In this document: positions 39,716 through 53,398 of the stretch, one piece after another
Layout of the letters: the number at the start of each line of letters is the position of its first letter
Numbering within the stretch: the stretch's first letter is position 1
NCBI GenBank assembly: GCA_002633005.1
Contig: NMRA01000378.1
Span: forward strand, 137,525 to 201,524
Direction of reading: 5' to 3'
Length of the DNA: 64,000 bases
Source of the DNA: Phoronis australis
Taxonomy: Eukaryota; Animalia; Phoronida
The notes under the pieces: model-generated
The model's database searches: none
What the model was told of the DNA's origin: nothing
What the model saw: only the letters and a program-made list of their open reading frames with translations
Translations under genes and position numbers: made by a program

Positions 39716-39800
39716 ACCAAAATCCGAGCGTCTCTGTGCTTGTGGTGCAGTTCAAGCTGAACAGCAAGTACTTGTCGAATGCCCTTTGTTCAGAATATTA
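39648..39800 (+). mobile_element. Non-LTR retrotransposon ORF2 C-terminal Cys/His-motif remnant
   Basis: TR..S...KILSGTWSRTPKSERLCACGAVQAEQQVLVECPL resembles the GRW.R.P...RLC.C...E.H....CP motif at LINE ORF2 ends. Confidence 0.65.
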
Positions 39801-40186
39801 TACATGTATTTACTTTACCCATTGCCCATTACACATCTTCAAGCAATAAGTTAACTTCTCCAGACGCCGATCACAAATTTGCAATAGCCAGTTATGTGCA
39901 CTATGGAGACCAAAGCCGACTTTCTTGATATAAGTGAGTATTATTAAATCTCCTAGCCCCAATCCGTATACAATGAATTTTTTCTGTATTTGGTTTTAGA
40001 CCAGAAAACTTCATTCGTACCCACAGTCACACTCAAGTAGAATGTCGAAGAAATAAATCCACCTGTCAGAAAATATTGACGTAGGAAAAATGAATGCTTT
40101 CCACAGCATTTAATGAGAAATCTAAGCAAAATCATTTTCACTCTGTTCAATCCAAAGATCACCAAGGTGACTGGTGCAGCATTCAG

Positions 40187-40435
40187 CATGCGGCCATCCA
40201 GCCTAAAAAATGGGGGTCTCGAATTTTTGAGAATGTTGACCTTTTAATAAGATTCTCGGAGAACGTTCAGAGCTATGAATCGTGCATTCGCCGAATTTCG
40301 GTAGTTCATGCTTTTTAGTGGACTTTCGTCTCGTTTTCTACTTTTTTCGGAGTTTTTGCTTCCCTGAGACGGACCTTTTTTGCACACTTCGCCAAATTGG
40401 AGCGCTCGTTCGAGCCCCCCTTAGGTGCGCGCATG
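40187..40435. mobile_element. MITE with CATGCG(C/G)..A(C/T)C termini
   Basis: CATGCGGCCATCC ... GGTGCGCGCATG. Its left part (TGGGGG.CTCGAATTTTTGAG) also occurs inside the G/C-run MITEs at 1848 and 38907. Confidence 0.55.
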
Positions 40436-42797
40436 TGGACGGTTGTTATATTTTTCATCGCTTTATTTTATTTGAAATCGTGTTGCTGTTATTTTGCTAA
40501 CCAGATGCATCATGTTATGTTATGTTCTGATTGGTGGTGTCAATAATTTGTTTTTAACTCCTTATTTAGTTATCTTCTTTCTCAACCTGTACATGTCCAC
40601 TTGTGTCTATTTAAATTCTTTATGGACACAGGTCACTGGAAATCGATGAACACCGTATACATGTGCATACATGTATGCAGGTTTAAGAAACGGGGTGAAA
40701 TTACCCAGATGGTGATAAAAACTTGATAACTGGCACATTAGCAATTTAGAGGATGTTTATCATTTTAGCAGGGGTTGCCAAAGTTTCTTAGTAGCGGTTA
40801 CTATTAAATCGCCTCACCATAGTAACTAAACATACGCAGCAACGTGCATGGCTGCAAAGCTTGTTATTCAATCGCATGGAATTTTCTGCCTTTCAGAATT
40901 GATGATTTCAGTTAATCCTTCGAAAATGATTTCCATTTAACAGTGCTTCCTACTGTAGTTAAATGTGTGCATAAACACGTTTTAGTTTCTACTGAATCTA
41001 TCTAATCGTAGTTTTTGTAAAACCTTTCACTAATGGTTATTTTGAGTTGGATGTACTAGAAATTGGGCTGTAGCCTAGTGTGCAGTAGTAGCTGTTGCTA
41101 CAGTAGGCAATTCCTTGTCATAGGAACCACTAACAATAACGAAACAGAATGTAATATCAGTAAATGTTCCAAATCATTGTGACACGAACTTAAGTCATAT
41201 TTATTCGTTTACTGAAACGTTTTCATACTTAAGTGTACATTTATATTCATTGGGTCACGTGATGTGGCCAACAGGTGGCATGCAGACAGACCTTAACGTG
41301 TTTGCAATATGCACAAAAATGGCAAAACTTCGGCTACATTTGGATGATTATTTAACCAAGCAGGCTACATGACATGTAAGAATTTCGCGTGAATTTATGC
41401 TACTTAAAAGTCTATAATGGGTGTGATTTGGACATGTTCTTCAAGGACGAACACCCTTCACACACTAACTCCATCTCTCTTTGCCTATGCAACATTCAGT
41501 ACTGCAAGCAAACTGTTCACAATGTTGTTATTTTGGCAATGTCAGCTGTACAACCGCTAGTGCACATTCAGCTGTGAACTGAGTTTGACACTATATAAAA
41601 AGTCTATAACGTTCCAATTCGAGAGATGTCGCAACTCTCAGTAGTCCTTGAAAGTCCCAGGCGTTTCCCACTGTCCACGCTTTCCAGGAGGCGACACCAT
41701 GTCACTGGTAGGTCCAGTTAGAAAGAGGATGGTTTCGAGCACTTGGGATGCACATACATGTAACGAACACCAGCATCCTTTTGAAAATTATTGTAGTGTC
41801 ATTCTCAGCAGCATCACTCAAAGCGAATTTCGATAAACAGGAGCCAATTTCAGTTCGTGACGCGTTGTCATTGACGTATTACTTGTCGCAAGCCTCTTCT
41901 TAGACTCAGAGCTGTGGATTTTTAATGAATCAAGCCTCTAACGTAGTTTTGGAACAAAATTTGCTTATCGTTGATGCATGTTTTGCGACAGTGGTGCTGC
42001 TGTCATTGTGATAGGCGAGAAATCCACATTACAGTCGCGATGTCCCCTGGCGGGAAAATTTCTCTAGTTGTTCCCGGGGGCTTGCACACGAGCGAGGCCA
42101 CAAAAACGATATTTTATTCCTGCTGGGATACTGCGAATGGACGAGATGAAACACATTAGTAAATGGTATTGTTATAAACACAAAAACTATCGTGATTCAC
42201 AATCATGTCCTTGTGTGTTTCCCATTTCACGTGAAAATCGAATTTTGTTCTCGTCCATGAGACCTTGTCATGCAGCTTCCAAAAAGAACTTGCTCAAAAA
42301 ATAATGCGACGTTTTAAGAAACAACTTATTGTTACATATGGTCTAATGTACAAAAGAACGATTTGTGAACAAGAGTGTAAATGAATAGAAGATGACGATG
42401 AAAGTGATAGGTGGCATCTGCCCTGCTAACTCCGACATCATCTCGGTAGGACATCCGTTCGAATGCTGCGATGATCCCAAACTTCATCCGTTCTCGTTGC
42501 ATCCAATCTGACCTATCTGTCAAACCGTTTTGCTGTCTTATCGTTCAAGCTATTGCATCTGTATCATTTTTAAAAATTCTGAAACGAAATGAGTGGTTAT
42601 TAGTGCTAGTACTGTACATGGGTGAAAGTGGAGTTCAACACCTTTCCCAGCCTTGAAGCTGCATCCGGGAACCATGAGCCACGAACGGCCTCTAGATTAC
42701 AACACTAACACGTACATGCACGAATTTAGTTCCGTCTATACAAAGCGAGAGTGAATTCTACGGACAATTTTCAGAATTATTGAAAATATATACTGTA

Positions 42798-43005
42798 GGG
42801 GTCTTTTCAAGTAACGTCCCTAATTTAAGGATTAAGTCCTTATTTATTTTCATTGAGCTAAGGGCTCGTTTTTTACTTACATTATTAGAAGATAAAGTGA
42901 TAGGAAAGATAACATCTGTGTGCAAAGATCCACGCAAGTAAGCAAAAGATTTAAGGAACTTTATAGCTGAGTCCCTACATGGGACTGTTTCATGTAACCA
43001 GACAC
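42798..43005. mobile_element. ~210-240-bp Harbinger-like MITE, second copy at 49035-49271
   Basis: Both copies share TTCA.GTAACG..CTAA.TTAAGGA.TAAGTCCT and GGAACTT...TGAGTCCCTA..TGGGAC.GTTTCATG.AACC. Confidence 0.7.
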
Positions 43006-43139
43006 AAAAATCGTTTTCGCATTATATCCACTGGCAGGTTCTCAATCACTCCCTTGCACGCATTCATTAGTGACACCGAGCTAAAATGTGTAGGAGAAAT
43101 CCATTGTACCAGTATTTGTACAATGCTCGACTGTCAGCT

Positions 43140-43212
43140 GGAAAAGCCAGGACTCGAACCCGGTTTTCCCAAAGGTGAGTCCGTAGCACACACCACTGCG
43201 CTATATACCGTC
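43140..43212 (-). mobile_element. tRNA-derived SINE head / tRNA pseudogene
   Basis: Minus strand has A-box TAGCGCAGTGG and B-box GGTTCGAGTCC at tRNA-like spacing, but no clean anticodon arm or acceptor stem. Confidence 0.6.
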
Positions 43213-46200
43213 TCCTCGCCTCTCGTTACGTATCAGTATTTCTTATTTTGTGATTTGGTACAAAATGCAGAATTTCAATACATTTTAGTTAATTTCAGTA
43301 AAATTTTGCCAGTTAAGATGATCTTCGTCCGGTAATTCCACTATTTGCAATGATGACGAAGTACTAATGCATATACCAGATATACCAGACAAAAACTCAT
43401 AGTTACATGTACCTGTCAGAATAAATTTTGAAAGAATTATAAAAATGGGGATCAGGTTAAAGGAAAGAACCCAAGTCAAATTTCAGTTGGCCATACTTCG
43501 AGACAACGGCCTTTGGAGATCTTGAATTGAGATCTGAATGCGACCCCTGGGCTTGACCAGCAATGGAATCGACCGTCATTCGAGAAACTCGCTTGGTATT
43601 TAGCTACAGTAAGTATAGAAACGATGATGGAAATAGTATCCAGATGATGGCGAACCGAACACAAATTGGACGTCGGGATAACCGAATTATCTTCCGTCAA
43701 ACGTCGGAATAATTTGTGTACCCCACATTTTTGTAATTTAGTAGGGGTCGTCTCTATGTCATTTTAAATTTGGCTTTTTTATTTCAAATTTTGAAATTTT
43801 GTTTTGTGACCTTTTCCTACTAGAAATCTGCAAAACAAAGTGGGGAGCACCAATCGTGTGTTACAGCTGCCTAATAAACACGGGCACCTCTTGCAATCTG
43901 TGAAATTTACATGAGTTACTGAAAGCCATTGTTGACTTCTTATTAAATCCATGATTCAAATCTTTTTGAAAACGGATTAATTTCGTTGCAAGATGACAGA
44001 TTTACATGTATGTTTTCACGGATCTGCTCATTCTGGTTCACTGGTCTTCTTACGTCACCGTAAGTAAGCTCATTTTTCTGGTTCTGATTATCTCAAATTC
44101 GAGCGTTTTGCATCTGAACAAAAGATCGCACCCTTAAAAGTGTTCACCAGGTATTTTTGCGTTGATGTAAAAGCATCTGTCAACTGCTCAATACTTGGTC
44201 AATTTTTCCCTGGGGGCAAAGCACGTCACCTTATTGGATATGGCATGATGACATATATAACACATAAAAAACTATTTGGAAAATGTGGCGTTTGATCTTT
44301 GACAAAAACAAAACAATTGCATTTTTTCACCTGCAGCCAGTCCGACGTCTTTGATCGCATGCGCAAATACATATGTTATTAGGACCGCAGAATTTGAAAA
44401 CTGCATTGGAATGTAAGACTTTATATTTTGTCTGTGTTTCAAAAACTGCATCTCCAGTGACGATTTTTCTAGAAATTCTTGCAATATTTAATGTGAAAAA
44501 CTCTAGGGTTAACATCCCCAAGAAGCAAATTCGCCACGGTCTGTTTAAAAGTTATTTGAACAGAATTTCTAAAGCCGTTTTACCTCAACAGTGTAATGTA
44601 TGAACGCAGAAATGATGAAAAATCATCAGATGTCTAACGAAATAATCCGATATTTAAAATAAAAATATCATTAAGTGAATAAGACAATGTCGTAAAACAA
44701 CGTCAGCTTTACGGCATTTTGGCGACCTTTGTTGAGCATGTTGAAATAGCGCACAATACAGGCTTGCGTTCAGTAGACGCTAGGACCTACGCTAGGACCT
44801 AGCCAAAGGCTAGTCAAGGTCATGTGCTCTTATTTAAAATACACGCCAATATCTCGCGTAATCTCGCAAAGTCTTGCTTTTAAGCTAGGTCCCTAGCGTT
44901 ACTGAACGGGAGGCAGGAATCTACGGTTTTGTCGGCCATCTTGAATATGTAATTAGGCAGAGCAAACAAACCAATTTGCGTGGTTTCCAATGCAAATGGA
45001 CAGGGGCCTAAAGGAATTTTAAAGCCAATATTTGTAGAAAATTATGTCACTCCCAGCACATTCAAGATTGTCTCAAATACATTTTTCTTTATGAGAAACT
45101 CCTATGCTAAATTTTGGAGCGCACTCTAAAATGGCGATTTTGTCGGTAAAAAATCGTCAACTTACTAGGCCAGACAAGTTTTCACAGTTTGTCAGTATTG
45201 ATGATGATAGTTATTCTTACATTTGAAGCCTCAATACCCTCAAAATCGCACACATTCACAATACATATCACTCTTCAGCATGTATGTAGCCCAGCGACGC
45301 CGAGATCCGACGTACATGTACATGTACAGTATAGGATTAGTTAATTTCACGAACAATCTGCTTTCCGTTACTCGATCCCGTTATACACGGCTGATTTACA
45401 TGTACTTGGTTCTCCGTGCGAGTGCGCAATTAAATTGCTAAATGTCCTGAAACAACGACTGTTTTACGTCTGTTTGGCAAACTATGTAGTACCTCTTAAA
45501 TTGTTATTTAATATTTGGCCCACTTTTTTCTCTTTCCAGAATCCGGGCTCAAAATCGAAAATAATTTTAACACTTTCGTTTTCCTTGGACTTTTTGGTAT
45601 TATAGACCGTGTATAATGATTTTATAACACAAAATAGAACGAAATAAGAACTTATTTTGAGAAATATTTGAGAAGTCTTGAATTTTAAAGAGAATTTAAT
45701 GACTTTTTGGTTTCCCACCACCGTGGAAGTTGTTGATCAGTTGCCAGTACAAGTACTGTACCACGTATACAACTGTACTGTACAGTATATGCAATGGTGG
45801 AGAAAGATTTTGGTATTAAGTTAAGAAGACTTAGAGCGTGAAATTGACAAGTATTATGAAGACAGGCATGGAGATGGGAAAGAAGGCGACACTCAGGCCA
45901 TAGGTGATCAGGTAATGAGTTGGACCTCGCCATATCGGCACACCGTACGAACTCGAACCTCCCACACCGGCGTCTTCGACGAGTGAAGCCGAGTCGGAGT
46001 CTACTTAGCCTGTGGGCAGTCCTGATTCAAAATGGTAATTAAATGATCACGAATTAGCTTTCTAACCACTTTAATGTCTAGTATTATATGCCTCGAATCG
46101 CAAATCTAACCTCAAATTTTACCTTGATTGTCAAAGCCCTGTAGCGAATACCGGTCACTGATTTCATTTCTTCGAATGCCTAGTGCGTTTTTCAGTAACG

Positions 46201-46414
46201 ATTATGTCTAATTGTGTGATGATGCTAACTGGGTTTTATTTTTGGTAAATGATAATTGTTTCCGTCTTCTGTGCTCCAAAATTATAAAAACTTTGTATCG
46301 TTGTAGTTCGTCGATTAATTCGGTCTACTGTTCGACTCCAGCCGCTGTGTGGGCTGTGATCGTGACCTCAAACTATTTGAGTGTCATCTACAGTGTAGGC
46401 CTACATCCCGTTTT

Positions 46415-46464
46415 CTACTGTTGGACATTGACGTTTATGTGGATAGAAAGCCTTTTCAGAAAAT
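46415..46464 (-). CDS. Calmodulin-like gene B, last coding exon ((D)FLKRLSIHINVNVQQ*)
   Basis: Strong acceptor tattctttttcag|AT TTT CTG AAA, phase 1. FLK is shared with the last exon of gene A. Confidence 0.8.
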
Positions 46465-47734
46465 CTGAAAAAGAATAGACTGTTGGAAACTTACTGCAAT
46501 CACAGTCAGGCACAATTTGATGCTGAGGCTCATACTCTTGTGAGTGCCTGACAACTACATGCACATTCCAGCAATACAGTTTTTCTCCATCAATGAAGTT
46601 ACAGGCTGGGTAAATCTTCTTCAAAGATCCGTTTGTGCGACGGATCGAAGCACGATTCGTCAAAATACGGTGACCACAGCATGGCCCCTGAACTGATCGC
46701 TTGCTTCACCGTGTAGACTACTCTCGTATGTGTTTCCGAAGCACTTCTGGGTGAACTTAGGGTCTTTTGGAAACGCAAAGACTGAAATGCTATCTGTCCG
46801 ATTACTATTACTGTATTCTCCGCGCATGCAACGTTTCATGATACTCAGTCGGACTCAGTTTTCGAAACAACTACGGCTCGAGGCTGGTGTAGAAAAGCAC
46901 AACGGCGGAGTCCGGATCCACTGATGACACGTCACAGATTTTTTAATTTTTGCGTTTTTAAAGTACACAAATTGAAGATGAAATACTTAAAATATCATAT
47001 CAGAATGATTGGTAACCGAATTCAAGTATTTATGACCATGATGTGAAGCGTTTAATATGAAGTCAGCACAGTCAATTGTTATTGTGTGCTTGAGAGTAAC
47101 TTGAATTACACAAGTGAGTGTACTTATGTAGTTCAGATTCGCACTCGATGACCCCTAGATTTGGGCCACAAACTCGAATAAAGCCTCAAAATTTTGAGTA
47201 AAAACTCGAGATTTTGATTTCAGGGAGAAATCGGTCATCCACATAAGCCGTAATTACGCGAGTCTGGAATATACTCAACTGGAATGGGGTATGTTTAAAA
47301 CGATTTCGACTAATCACACGCCAAGCGCGGCTACATTTCTACGATTCTACTGAATGCTTTCATCTAAACCGTAAATGCAGGGAGCTTTCTCTCCAAAAGC
47401 AACCACAGCCACCAGCACCACCATCACTTAGCTACGACGGCTTTTGCATTTGGTAACAGTTTTCAAAATTAAAAGGTGTTGCATCGGTGAAAACGTTTGC
47501 TAAAGAAGTTTGTCTGTAGTAAAGCGCTTCACAATCAACATTGTGCGCCATCTAAGCTAGCACAACCGAAGACTGAACGCGGAAAGAAGAAAACTATTCA
47601 TGGGCGGGAAGCGATCTGTAGTTCGCGAAAACAAACGAAAAGTATTCGGAGAGGAAGACACTCCTTGTCAAGGCTCACAACGATTACACGTACAGGTATA
47701 CTCTCAGATATTGTTACGAGAAATGTTAATTTAC

Positions 47735-47977
47735 CTTCGTAAGAGATTCGCCCATCTCCGTTGACGTCGGCTACAGCCAGCATTTCATCTACGTCCTCGG
47801 ACGACATTCTGTCGCCGTAGTTCATCATTACATATTTCAGTTCTCGGTTCGTGATGTAACCGCTATTGTTGTTGTCAAATACTCGGAATGCATCTTTGAT
47901 TTCGTACTCTACGTCAAAGTTTTTCATTTTCTTCGTCATCATGTGCAGGAATTCTGGGAAATCTATCTCGCCGTTTC
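47735..47977 (-). CDS. Calmodulin-like gene B, 243-bp exon (end of EF2, EF3, EF4)
   Basis: [81 protein letters not shown]. Boundaries ttccag| and |gtaaat. Same size as the gene A exon. Confidence 0.95.
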
Positions 47978-49401
47978 CTGGAATAGAATGGTATTGCACC
48001 TTATTTCACGTGTTTTAGGCATTTTGTCTGTAACGCAGCAGAAGTAAAAAGGTAGAATATACCTTAACATGAGCGAGCCGTTGTTAAGATGTTCTTTATT
48101 TAAATGATAAGTGGTTTCCAGTCTTGCTAAGTGCAGGCTGGCTTAAGACCATCGCGCTAAGAGTGACCCGCCGTGAAAAGCCATCAGGTTGAGACCCCGG
48201 TTTCAAGCAGCAACGCGTTGTCACAGTGCTTTACAAGCCTAGAAATTGTATGTAAATTGAATGCGAAACAAGTTCAGACGGACTTTAAGGCGAGTTCTTA
48301 TCAGCTTTGTATACTGTGATGCGAACTGATAGGTAGATTACGTTTTAATCAACAGTGCAACTGTTTCACTTTCACTTCACGTCAAGCACTTTGCCTTGTC
48401 CCTGTGAACATCACTAATAGGGATTTTGAAAAATGAAATGCACGTACATGTATTCTCGGTCAACGTAAGCGTGATGTTTTTAACGTATCTCACACTTTAA
48501 CTAAATGTTCCTCTCGCGGAGCCTCGTCCCATGACGAGGGCTTTTTTAAATAGACTACGAAAAAGTTGTACGTGGAGCTCACGTGTACCAATAACCATAT
48601 GATATCATTGAGGCAGAAATGTCGTTTTACGCTCCTACTTGCTAAAACAATGTTTAGCCATTTAATTATGAGCGTCACTGTCTAGAAATACTTTATCGAA
48701 ATCATCTAAGTAACTAGCAGTTATGTGCATATACACAGAGACTTTTCACATTTGCTCTAGTGGTGTTTATAACTGTATGGAGCGTAAAACAAAATTTCCG
48801 ACTTTAATCTTATCGTTACTTTTCATTTTACAGAACCCAGTGCCCGGTTGCACGAAACAGTCCCAAATAGGCACTCAACCAAGTTCCCTAAAACTACTGC
48901 GTATTTATGTACTTGTGAAAACACTGATTTTCCTTTCTTCTGCTGTTTTAGTTCCATTACTTAGTCAACTTTTGCTTTGATACAAATCGAGAGTGAATTC
49001 AACATTGAATTCACAATATTGATGACACTATTTAGGGATCTCTTCATGTAACGCTACTAACTTAAGGACTAAGTCCTATTTTTTCAATAAATTGAGAGCT
49101 CAGTTTCTTGTTATTTTATTAGAAATTGTCACAAGTCAATGAGGAGGTCACAATAAAGATGAAATGATAGAAAAAGATTACCTTTGGGTGTAAATAAAGA
49201 CACAGATAGGCAAAACCTTTAGGGAACTTAGTTGAGTCCCTATTTGGGACGGTTTCATGCAACCCAGCACCTGTTCCCCTCAGATTTCCACGCTACCAGC
49301 CAGTTTACGTCGGGTGAATTATAAGTAGCAAACCAAAAGCTGTAGCATTCTCAGTAGTTTATAACGGATGATTGCACCGTGATGGCGGAGCCTGAACTGA
49401 C

Positions 49402-49537
49402 CGTCTTCGTCGACTTCATCCACCATTTCTCGAAGTTCCTTCTCTGTAGGGTTTTGTCCGAGTGCCTTTAACACAGCGCCCAACTCATGTATGCTAACCG
49501 TTCCACTGCCGTCCTTGTCAAACATGTGAAATACGTC
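49402..49537 (-). CDS. Calmodulin-like gene B, EF1 exon (136 bp, shifted phase-0 acceptor)
   Basis: tgtttctag|GAC GTA TTT..: [45 protein letters not shown], donor |gtcagt. The upstream exon was not identified with certainty. Confidence 0.88.
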
Positions 49538-50335
49538 CTAGAAACATTGTGAACATAGTACACTTGGTGTGGGATATAAATGGGCTTGATACACTCATTT
49601 ATAACCCAGTGTCATGTCAAAACATAACTTTTGATATTGGCAACTAACTCAGCTGTTATAAACTGGTTGCCTTACTTAAAAAGATGGCCCGATATATTGC
49701 CCTAGGGTGGTTCTCCACTAAAGCGAACCGTTCGTTCTTCAGAGAGCTCAAGTCTACCATTGGGACAAGGGGACTAGTGTTATAATGCTAAGATGACTGA
49801 AGTTATCTTTTGAGAGACTGTTCCAATCAAATAGCACGCCCAATATTTCCAAGGACTCAGACGATACACTATGACGAGTTTTCACTACCGTGTGAACAGA
49901 TCTTGCTAGGATTACTCCAAGTTCATTTCATCACTGTTACAACAGAGGTCAGGAGCCGTACAGATAGATACGGAAGCAAATTTGTTACCCTAACATGCAC
50001 TTCAAGTTTCGTTTACTGCACAACGGACCCAGAGGAGGGGATTAACGTGGAATTCGACTTACAGAACTTGTGTTGGACATGTAATTAGCTTTCGTGATTT
50101 GAAACGTGAAAACAAGTCCGTGGCCCCGCTTTTAAATCCCTGCTTCGATTCCCAAACCAGGAAAACCAAACACCAAACTCGCTGAGCAAAATGCAGCGAT
50201 CGTGCCCCTGAACTCTACACATACCTGTTGGCCACTCTCCACACGTGGAATCCAAATTCCGGTCCGCACCATGGGAGCGGCATGAGAGTTTTATCCCTTT
50301 GTATGAAGTTTAAAAACCGGGGGTCTGTTGAGGAT

Positions 50336-50404
50336 GCAGTGTAGCCTAGTAGGATAAGGGTGGCTTTCTTTATTCTAGGTCGTGGGTTCAAGTCTCACAA
50401 AGGG
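50336..50404 (+). mobile_element. tRNA-like SINE head / tRNA pseudogene
   Basis: A-box TAGCCTAGTAGG and B-box GGTTCAAGTCT with a GTGGG/CTCAC T-stem. Anticodon and acceptor arms are not intact. Confidence 0.55.
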
Positions 50405-53176
50405 TACACAACTACACCACTTTAGTTATATCTGCCGCTCCTCAGATTGTTTCTTAACTACATGCATTAATAAAACATAATTAAAACAATTGCAGGTGAT
50501 CAGTGCAATGAACCCATCTTAGTTGCTAGAGCACGTCAGGTACAACGTGTACCAGACCACCTGCAATTATTTTTTTAGCTTATCGTGACGGCGGCTACCT
50601 CGAATCCTTTCCATTCCTTGTTAAAGCAAGATTTTTAGAAAGAATGATTGGCTTCCAAAACGGCTTTGCGGTGGTGATGTAGTAGTGAACATTATTTGTA
50701 AAATATGCTGTTCTATCGCCACCCACCTCCAGCTTTTTAAATTGACACGACGTCTCGTCGGGTCATTTCTCCAGCCATCTTCACGAGTGTTGCAACTAAC
50801 ATAGGTATCTGGTACACTCGTGGTGACCATTTCAATTGTGCACCAACCTAATGCAACCCAGTTACCCATTATGTGTGTATCAGATATCCGTGTTCGTTTT
50901 TCCACTGACGTATTCATTAAGATGGCCGAAAAATGACTGACCGAAACGCGAAATGCCGTGCCAGTGTACTACACTAGGGCAGCGACTGAAGTACATGTAA
51001 ATAGTCTAAATCAGAAATGGCGCTAAACGATGATAATATGTTTTTGCTGCACACTTCTCATTCGTCTTCTGTTGTATTTGTTAATTTTTAAAATATATTC
51101 TATAATCTTTTGACCCTCTCTTGATTTTTACTTTGTCTACTTTCGTTTGTTGCAAAACTCATACATGTATGTTTCATTTATACTTAGAAATCTGTTTACT
51201 CGAAAGCTCATAAGAAATGGAAAAAAGTAATTTAGCACACGTACGCACATTACAGAGGCATTCCTCATAATTCCTTGAACATTTCAAGAAAACTCATATC
51301 ACCCCCTTTTAAAGAGGCATGGCCGAAACGCGAAAGCTCGTCAAAATATCTTTTAAAAATTCCTGTAGAAAGTACATGTACCATCTCTCAACGTCTAGTA
51401 CAGGGTAGTTTACTTTCCCTTGTGAGGAAAGTTCCAGACAAACTCACAAAATTCACGATTTTCAACATACGCGCGAAGGAAGAACCCTGTGGTTACCTCA
51501 GATTTTTTAATCTCCCTCCCCCTTATGCGCTCACAGTCACTTGCTCGAAGTCGTTTGAGGTCAAAGGTCACTTTCCCCATATAAGGGAAATGTGCTACGT
51601 CTATGTCTTGTCATACCAAACAAGGAGTAGTGTTTTGCTTTGTAGGTGAAGGCGAGCAGTTGACAGATCGTTTTAATTTTTTTATTATTTTGAAACAAAA
51701 CGGTTTGATATCAACAGAAATTAAAAATCATTACGAACAAACCCTAAAAATACCTGGTGACCAGGATGAATTCTGTTTCAGTGACAGAGCACCACTTTTA
51801 ATATTGCAATTAAAGTCTGTTTATCGCGTTCCTGGCCTCTTCAATTAGTGCAATGCACGTTCTACCTTTATCAAATCATGCGTTTCCACGTGTTTCCGTT
51901 CTACGGATAAGTTTGAAAGTATGCGACACTTTTGTACATGTACAACTGTAGTCTGGTTGTCTTCAGTTGGCACGTGAAAGTGTTTCCATCATATTTATAG
52001 GCATACTCGCACAAACTAAACATTCATTAACAGAAAATCAGTTAAATTTAGTGCGATGTTGTTTCCCAAAACATTCAATGATAGCTAATTAACACTTAAA
52101 ATCAACAGTTTCGTCTACGTGTAGGTAGATGTGTTTAGAGAGAGTGGTTCTTGACTTCCATCTTGAATGGTGGCGCGGCAATAGAAGGCTCAGGGCGGGC
52201 GGACCTTTAGGACTGAGTACGTTTGCAACATGATATTATGAGACTTGATGAACATGTATACTTCACTTAGTAAACGGATTAAAATGAATACAATACCTCA
52301 CAAGACGCTCACTAAGCATTAGCCGCACAAAATTTCGCTTGTTTGAATGGAGACAATGAATATGATTCCATGTGCCATCAGTCCAAATTCATCGACTAAT
52401 CAATTCCAAGCGTATCAGAATGAAGAGATCATGTGCGAACTCCCCCGAACGCTAGCTTTTCACTCGCGCGATATAGAACTGTTTTTGTTCCCATCTTCGA
52501 TAACTGACCTTTCTACTTTTGCCAATGCTTTGCTTCCGCTGGTTACGCATCTGTAAATGGTCTCCTCCTGGTTAAAAACTACACGGTCTAAATTAGGCAC
52601 AATATGCCCTTACCGTCCAAGTCAAACTGAAGTGGCTCAGTCTACACAAGCGGTGTGGCCTCCCGAAGGTGCCATGACCCCCCCCCCCACGCCGTCCTCA
52701 TCCGCTACACAACTAAGACCCGTCAAATGACGGTTGGCAAGCGTACACTATCTTTGTAATTCCCTTGTACAATAAGGAAGATAGGACACGTTTAGTAAAG
52801 TTGAGTACCCTGTATTACAATTTGCATTTTAAGATGGGAGTTTGGAGGAATTCTACCCAGTATCCCTTTCGCACCTGGCTTGAGTGAATAACTATGCTGC
52901 TGCCGGTGCAGAGGATTGGCGTCAGTAGTCCAGGTGATGCATAGATTAGGTTTCGTTAAACAGGTGTTGGTTAGCGTACTAAAGTGCGTAGGCATAGCGT
53001 AGAGTAACTTGAATTTCTCGGGTTTGCGTACACCTGCGTAAATTAAACTTTGTAGTTTCTGCGCCCAAGGGTCCACGCCGAAAGTACGCGAAAAAATGCT
53101 TTATTTCTAGCGTCTATCTCCAATGCGTGTATGCGTCTCATTGGTTCGGTGTATTGCCATGTACAGTGTACATGTA

Positions 53177-53332
53177 CAGTGGTGGATTCAGGATTTTGAG
53201 ATAGTGGGGTCAAGGCAGAGTATTAGCCAGGATTTTTACCGTCAGATACTCGCACCCCGAACTCTGTCAAATGGAATCTGGGAGAACTCTAGGGGCCAAG
53301 GCCCCCTTACCCCCCCCCCAAATCTGACACTA
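53177..53332. mobile_element. G/C-run MITE in reverse orientation with exact 5-bp TSD
   Basis: ATGTA|CAGTGGTGGATTCAGGATTTT ... AAATCTGACACTA|ATGTA. It is the reverse complement of the 11697 and 6296 copies. Confidence 0.82.
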
Positions 53333-53398
53333 ATGTAGGCTACTCTTAGCACAGTGTAGGGCTGCGTAAATTTGACATACACAATACTCCGCACTACG

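Noticed and set aside
43140-50404. Functional tRNA genes at 43140-43212, ~45930-46010 and 50336-50404
   Set aside because: A/B boxes are present or partly present but the cloverleaf stems do not close; treated as SINE heads or pseudogenes.
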